This document shows positions 58,672 through 64,000 of a DNA stretch of 64,000 nt, in pieces. This stretch comes from Chitinophagales bacterium (GTDB lineage: Bacteria > Bacteroidota > Bacteroidia > Chitinophagales > UBA10324): assembly GCA_025056305.1 (NCBI GenBank), contig JANWWJ010000031.1:134192-198191 (forward strand), in the 5' to 3' direction. The position numbers were made by a program, and so were the translations under genes. Numbering within the stretch: the stretch's first letter is position 1; each line of letters begins with the position of its first letter. The notes below the pieces were generated by a model. The model was not told the DNA's origin, did no database searches, and saw nothing but the letters and a program-made list of their open reading frames with translations.

Positions 58672-60315
58672 TCAAAACAGAATCAGCACCCCGCCGGCAG
58701 CGCGGATGCCGTATGAGATATATCCATACCATTGCCGTTGTTTCATGTTGGCCAAATTATACCCTCCAACCCAAAACGACAGATGTGGCCGGTAATGGTA
58801 GGTGACGGTAAGGTTCGGATCAATCACACCAGTCAGGGCTACGGTGTCACCTGCCGGCGTGACGGTATAAACACCGGTAAAGGCATACACCGCTGCCTCA
58901 ACCCGAATTTTTTCTTTCACACGATAATCCACCGTCACCTTACCCTGGTGGGGGATTCGGCCTATAGGATGATCCATGCCATCTGGGCGCCACCGGCTAA
59001 TGCTTCCCTCGAATCGGACTGCCAGATTTTCGGCCATTCGGTATTGCGCTTCACCCCCAAAAAGCAGGGTCGTTCCGGCCGGATGTGCTACCGCATGGTA
59101 ATAAAGAAGAAGTTGTTGAAAAGGATAGTAGAAAATTTGATTTTTCCACCACCTATGACTTAGATAAAAATTATATGAAAGATTCTCTGCATACACTCCC
59201 TTTATACCCCCCAAAGCCTCGATGAATTTCCCTGAAAAAGGCACATATCCGATGACGTAGGGGTTTTCAGCGATGACGTGCTGAAAGGTGTTCAAGGCGT
59301 ATTGCTTGTGAAGCTGCGCATATGCAATCAGATAGTCGCCAGCCAGCTTGTATTGCATTTCGGCCAGCGGAAAAAGCTCTACTCGCTCTGAACCCGCATA
59401 GAACCGAAGCCCTCCCTTTAAGACCAGAGAACGAAAACGATGCGTGTAAGAAGGCGATGCCGTCACCAGGATTAATGAGGTATCCGTAGGGTCGGCATGA
59501 TAAGTTGCTGACTGATAATGCAGCTCCAAACTTGCGAGGCTCTCTTCGCTGATTTTTTTGGCAAGCTTTGCCTGCACACCGATTGTTCCCTCACGCGGCC
59601 GCCACCGTACCGTATCTTGAAGCAGAGGAAGGAGTGCGTTTTGCTGTTGATGCCGATATCGCAACCGCACCTCATAGGCCCATTTGTTGGGATCGGTATT
59701 TCGCAAACCTACCTGGACTCCGGTGCCAAACAGAGTGGTGCACAACAGTCCATCTGAACAATAATCGGCAGGTTTTTCTACCGGATCAGAAAAAGCATAG
59801 TAGCGGAAATGGTTTCGATCAAACGTTATAGCTCCATTCAAGGCCGTTTGCTGAAAAAAGCTAGTTCCGTGCAGCATAGCCTCCCAACGGCTATCGGACT
59901 GGAAAGGGACACGTACGGCCCGTGCAGAAGTAAAGCGCGTCTGCAACCCATAGTGAGCAGCCGAGGATCGCCCTTTGCTCAAATAAGCCTCCAGCAGCGG
60001 AGAAAGTTGCGTACCGAAGCCGGCCTTGATTAAATTGTTTTGCAACGGCTCATCTGCAAGGCGGGGCACCGCAAGCGGTTTTACCTCCGCCGGCAGAAAC
60101 GACATTCGCAGTTGTTCGTTCCACGCACGATAGGTGATCGGAAGCCGAGTGGTATCGCGCGGCGGAGGCTCGGCTTTTACCTGCACTTTTGCCAAATCGG
60201 ACAGTACAGGCCGGTATTTTTTTATAACATCAATTTCTTCCATAGGAATCTGCGCCCCGCTGTACGCAGCAGCATTCAAAAAAGCGAGCAAGGCCAAATA
60301 AATTCTGTGCCTCAT
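58672..60315 (-). CDS. putative outer-membrane beta-barrel protein (uncharacterised)
   Basis: It has a signal peptide (LLAFLNAAAYSGAQ), an alternating amphipathic strand pattern rich in Y/G/R, and ends in an aromatic residue (...GGVLILF). Its start overlaps the upstream TPR gene stop (ATGA). Confidence 0.5.
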   Translation of the reverse strand: MRHRIYLALLAFLNAAAYSGAQIPMEEIDVIKKYRPVLSDLAKVQVKAEPPPRDTTRLPITYRAWNEQLRMSFLPAEVKPLAVPRLADEPLQNNLIKAGFGTQLSPLLEAYLSKGRSSAAHYGLQTRFTSARAVRVPFQSDSRWEAMLHGTSFFQQTALNGAITFDRNHFRYYAFSDPVEKPADYCSDGLLCTTLFGTGVQVGLRNTDPNKWAYEVRLRYRHQQQNALLPLLQDTVRWRPREGTIGVQAKLAKKISEESLASLELHYQSATYHADPTDTSLILVTASPSYTHRFRSLVLKGGLRFYAGSERVELFPLAEMQYKLAGDYLIAYAQLHKQYALNTFQHVIAENPYVIGYVPFSGKFIEALGGIKGVYAENLSYNFYLSHRWWKNQIFYYPFQQLLLYYHAVAHPAGTTLLFGGEAQYRMAENLAVRFEGSISRWRPDGMDHPIGRIPHQGKVTVDYRVKEKIRVEAAVYAFTGVYTVTPAGDTVALTGVIDPNLTVTYHYRPHLSFWVGGYNLANMKQRQWYGYISYGIRAAGGVLILF

Positions 60316-63300
60316 GGACCTTCAGGTTGCGTTTCGAAGACATCTTGTCCGGTTTCAAGTTTCGATCCCGCCTGCTCTCGTTCTCGGATGGATTGCAAGC
60401 GTCTCTGGGCTTCAGGCACTATGTCATCTTGACCCTTGTAATGATCTATCAGACTTTGCAGCGTAGCTGAAGCTTGAAACAAATCGTTTTGCTGTTCATA
60501 TATAGCTGCCAGTAATAAAAACGATTTGGCTACCCAATAATCGTGTGCCGGCTTTTGCCGTATTACTTCCCAACATTGTTCTTCGGCACTCGCCCATTGC
60601 TGACGGGCATAGTATAAGGCAGCAATACGATAGGCGGCTTCGGCTGCCATAACCGAGGTGGTATGCCGCCCGACATTACGATAATCCTCTTCGGCTTGGG
60701 TTGGAAAGCCCTGTTGTTCATAAGCCCGACCACGGTAGAAATACACCTCGGCCCGCTCTTCTTCGGTGAGTTGGCTGAACAACAGCAACTGAGTGGCGGT
60801 GGAAACCACCACTTCATAATCCCCCAGCTGCCAGCCCGCATACATGGCCCCGCGCCTGGCCTCTACGGCCGACTGTTTGTACTCGGGGCTGCGGCTTAAC
60901 GTCAAAAAATAGTTTAGGGCACGGGGAAAATCTTGGATGTGCTGATAGCAGATCCGACCGGCCTGCAGTAATGCCTTTTCGGTGAATCGGCCAGCAGGCT
61001 GGTTGATCACGTATTCATAATCACTCAATGCATCTACAAAGCGGTTTTGCCGGACGTAACATTCAGCCCGATAAAACCGTGCAGGTACCGCAAAAATCCC
61101 ATCTGGAAACTGCTGTAAATAGTTGGTAAACTCACTCACGGCATGGCTGCAATCGCCACGCGAGTACTTGTTTTCGGCCGACAGGTACATGACCGAATCG
61201 CGCACCGCATCACTAATCTTGATGTCGGGCAATGATGCCACAAAGGCCATGTATCCTTGCGCATCGCCCCGTTCGGTAAAAATTTCTTTGACGGCATTGA
61301 GCGCTGCACTGCCCTCCGGCGTGCGCGGATAACGTTGCAATACCCAGCGGTATTGCTCCAAAGCATCCGGATCACGATTCATATTAAAATAAATCAAACC
61401 CATCTTTAACCTTGCCTGCACCACATGTAGGCTTCGCGGGTATTTGGTTACTAAGGTTTGAAATGCTTCCAAGGCATCCTGATAGGCGGGCACCGTCAAT
61501 AAAGCATTTCCCAACTCAAACCATGCGTCATCCAAATAGTTGCTCTTGGGGTATTGCTGAACCAGCATGCGCAGCAGGCGAATCTGTTCACTTCGGTCAT
61601 TGAGGAGGCTGCGCACCACTGCCGATTGAAAAAGGGCATAGTCGGCACCCGACAGCTGATGTCGAATCACTTCTTGGTAAGCAGCCAATGCCCGGTTGTA
61701 ATTGGACAACACAAACTCGCAGTCAGCTATTCGCAATAGGGCATCTTCGTAAAGGGCCCTTTGGTGCTGAGGCATCAACTCAACACTTTGTTGAAAATGG
61801 CTCAAGGCCTTGGCATAAGCCGTCAACTTTAGATAGCTATATCCCAGCGTGTAATGGGCATAGCTAACTGCCACCCCTCCCGGGAGCTTCATTGAGGGGT
61901 TTACCAAATCCAGAAAGACGTGCAGCAATTCCACTGCTTGTTGCGGTTGCTGCAGGCGATAAGCACACTCACCCTTCCAGAACCATGCCGCTGCCTGCAG
62001 CGAAGGATCTACTGGATTCGCCAATGACTCGTCCAAAAGTTTAAGACATGCTTCATATTGACCTTCATTGAACAGCTCGGTGGCTCTGGCATAGGCAATT
62101 CGTTGGTGTGCCCGGCGCCATTCGGCCGTTTTCTGCCCAATGGCACGAGCTACTTCCAGCGCTCCGCCATAGTTGTGGGTAGCCACAAAGGCATGCAGCA
62201 ACAGCGTGCGCGCCTCTTCAGCATCAGCACCGTCGGTGGTCAGGTATTGCTGCAACGCCCGGATTGCTGCATCGGCATAACCCAATTCATAGGAAAGCTT
62301 TCCATAATTCAGCAGGGCTTGCTGTTGCACCGGACGATGGGCCTTCATGCTGGCGGCCCGCTCAAAAGCAAGCCTTGCTTCCGCTTTTTGCCCCTGACGA
62401 AGCCGGCATTCGCCAATCAGATACCATGCATGTTGCCCTATGGAATCATTGAGCGCAGTCAAGGGCTGCAAGGTTGCCAGCGCCTCGTTACAGAAACCGG
62501 AGGCATATTGGCAATACCCGACCTCGTAAATATCTGTGGCAGGCAGCTTAGGTGTTTGCTGGTAATATTCGTGCAAGAACGGCAAAGCTTTCACATAATC
62601 TTTTTTTGCATAGTAAGTCTTTCCTACCAGCCGATTCAGCTCTTTAGCGTAAGGGGATGAGCGGGCGTTGGCGGCCAACGTCAGCACCTCGTCATACCGT
62701 TTTTGCACGAAAGCTATATTGGCCAAATAAAAAGCCACGGCCGGAGCATATTGCGGTGATTCGGCAGCAACCCGCAGGGCCTGTTGGGCCTCCTCGTACT
62801 CAGCTTGCCGGTACGTGATGTAGCCGTAGTAATAATTGGCTGCATAATAAAAACCACCTTTGCGATGACGCACCCGGTCAAAGCATGAGCGTGCTTGCCG
62901 ATAATCCTTTTGATGCAAGTAGCCTATGCCGGCTTGAAACCAATACCGATCTTGTTCGCTACTGGAAAGGTCTTCTACCCGTACTTTTTTCAGCCAGCTC
63001 AGGGCCTTGTTGTATTGCCCGCGCGAAAAATACAGGTCGGCAAGTTCGAAGGCCGCACGCCGCGCCAAGGGTGATTTGCGTTCGGTAGCTGTCTTGAGCA
63101 AGTGTTGCTCGGCATCGGGATGCTGCAACACTTTTGAACAAACAGCACGATAATACGCAGCGGTGAGGCCCAACTCATTCCACTGCGGAGCTTGTAGCTC
63201 GCACTGTTCAATAGTCTGCTCCAGTAAGGGAAGAGCGGCTCCATAGCGGTGCCCCCACCATAAGGTCATGGCGGTTTGAAAAGGACGCTGAGCATCGTCG

Positions 63301-63371
63301 TCTATGGCTGTTCGTTGTGCTGCCGCTGTGAGCCCACAGCCTGACAGCAACAGAATAAAGAGGCTTCGCAT
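60312..63371 (-). CDS. large tetratricopeptide-repeat lipoprotein
   Basis: The ATG at 63371 gives MRSLFILLLSGCG, a lipoprotein signal. About 1000 aa of back-to-back TPR-like units follow (recurrent A..Y..A......Y..A...F pattern). The ORF-track start at 63491 is less likely. Confidence 0.75.
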   Translation of the reverse strand: MRSLFILLLSGCGLTAAAQRTAIDDDAQRPFQTAMTLWWGHRYGAALPLLEQTIEQCELQAPQWNELGLTAAYYRAVCSKVLQHPDAEQHLLKTATERKSPLARRAAFELADLYFSRGQYNKALSWLKKVRVEDLSSSEQDRYWFQAGIGYLHQKDYRQARSCFDRVRHRKGGFYYAANYYYGYITYRQAEYEEAQQALRVAAESPQYAPAVAFYLANIAFVQKRYDEVLTLAANARSSPYAKELNRLVGKTYYAKKDYVKALPFLHEYYQQTPKLPATDIYEVGYCQYASGFCNEALATLQPLTALNDSIGQHAWYLIGECRLRQGQKAEARLAFERAASMKAHRPVQQQALLNYGKLSYELGYADAAIRALQQYLTTDGADAEEARTLLLHAFVATHNYGGALEVARAIGQKTAEWRRAHQRIAYARATELFNEGQYEACLKLLDESLANPVDPSLQAAAWFWKGECAYRLQQPQQAVELLHVFLDLVNPSMKLPGGVAVSYAHYTLGYSYLKLTAYAKALSHFQQSVELMPQHQRALYEDALLRIADCEFVLSNYNRALAAYQEVIRHQLSGADYALFQSAVVRSLLNDRSEQIRLLRMLVQQYPKSNYLDDAWFELGNALLTVPAYQDALEAFQTLVTKYPRSLHVVQARLKMGLIYFNMNRDPDALEQYRWVLQRYPRTPEGSAALNAVKEIFTERGDAQGYMAFVASLPDIKISDAVRDSVMYLSAENKYSRGDCSHAVSEFTNYLQQFPDGIFAVPARFYRAECYVRQNRFVDALSDYEYVINQPAGRFTEKALLQAGRICYQHIQDFPRALNYFLTLSRSPEYKQSAVEARRGAMYAGWQLGDYEVVVSTATQLLLFSQLTEEERAEVYFYRGRAYEQQGFPTQAEEDYRNVGRHTTSVMAAEAAYRIAALYYARQQWASAEEQCWEVIRQKPAHDYWVAKSFLLLAAIYEQQNDLFQASATLQSLIDHYKGQDDIVPEAQRRLQSIREREQAGSKLETGQDVFETQPEGP

Positions 63372-63500
63372 TAGCGATTGTTGCAGGTAAAAATCTTTTC
63401 TTCGCTTCGATCTATGGATTGAGGTTCCGAGACGATATGCACAGTGAGCGGCGATGTTGTACGTCAGGCTGCACAAATAGCTTTCTGCCACAACATCTGC

Positions 63501-64000
63501 TCAGAAGCTTAACGACAAACCGGCACTCGGTAGTATAGGCAACTGATCGACCCGTTCATAACGCACCCGGTCGAAGTAGAATACATTTCTACGGTTGTAA
63601 ACGTTGATTACACTGATGTTGGCTTCCAATTTCGTATAGCGCCCCAACGAGAACGCCTTTTTTATAGAAGCATCTAAACGATGGTAATACGGCAATCTTC
63701 CCGCATTGAGCTCATCGTCATAAATAATTCCCAACAAGCCGTTGGAAGTTAGGTAGTCGGTGTTTATGCCCTCCAGAAAGTTGATCTGTTCAAAAAACCC
63801 TTGCGTGAGGGTGAACGGAAAACCCGAGCCAATGTTCCAGCGCACGGCAAATTCCCAGCTCAAATCCAATCCCCAGCTGTAGGAGGCTACTACATTGGCG
63901 TTATGCCGCCGGTCGTAATGCGGCGGATATACTTGTTCTCCATTATCCCGCCGCACATAACCCAAGGAATAGGCCAACCACAAGTAATAACGCTTTTGCT
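63501..64000 (-). CDS. TonB-dependent receptor, C-terminal portion (5' end outside the window)
   Basis: The frame stays open to the window edge. The beta-barrel-type sequence ends ...ILPSAGLSLSF with the terminal aromatic typical of TonB-dependent receptors and other outer-membrane proteins. Confidence 0.7.
   Translation of the reverse strand, partial: QKRYYLWLAYSLGYVRRDNGEQVYPPHYDRRHNANVVASYSWGLDLSWEFAVRWNIGSGFPFTLTQGFFEQINFLEGINTDYLTSNGLLGIIYDDELNAGRLPYYHRLDASIKKAFSLGRYTKLEANISVINVYNRRNVFYFDRVRYERVDQLPILPSAGLSLSF

Overview
The window looks like a gene-dense chromosomal segment of a Bacteroidota-type genome. The inference rests on six proteins ending in T9SS C-terminal sorting domains (type A and the gliding-motility type B), a bacillithiol BshB1 deacetylase, an ExbB-ExbD-TonB block and a TonB-dependent receptor. 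I call about 60 protein-coding genes, 2 tRNAs (Ser-TGA, Leu-GAG), 3 rho-independent terminators and 2 pseudogenes. Most of it is housekeeping: pyrF, aroC, hutI, gdh, ccmBCD, glnS, idi, pyrG, yidC, purL, mpl, ilvE, fabD, folE/queD, kdsC and fdx/iscX. I see no rRNA, CRISPR array, transposase, integrase, phage gene or recognisable defence system, and I cannot point to a convincing new multi-gene system. The parts worth a second look are: (1) a decayed PAS-histidine-kinase plus REC/Crp-like regulator pair at 27.3-29.4 kb; (2) two tandem ~850-aa paralogous T9SS type-B cargo proteins with a shared Cys-rich N-terminal module, next to an FG-GAP/VCBS cargo protein (34.9-42.3 kb); (3) an animal-type glutamate dehydrogenase with an antenna-like insertion, whose start overlaps the end of a truncated ccmBCD cluster; (4) a SWIB/MDM2 protein with a histone-H1-like Lys/Ala tail; (5) tandem divergent fabD paralogs beside a thioesterase and a methyltransferase; (6) a secreted Kazal-type domain protein; (7) a start/stop-overlapping ~1000-aa TPR lipoprotein and putative outer-membrane barrel. 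All functional calls come from reading motifs by eye in the supplied translations. No database search was run.
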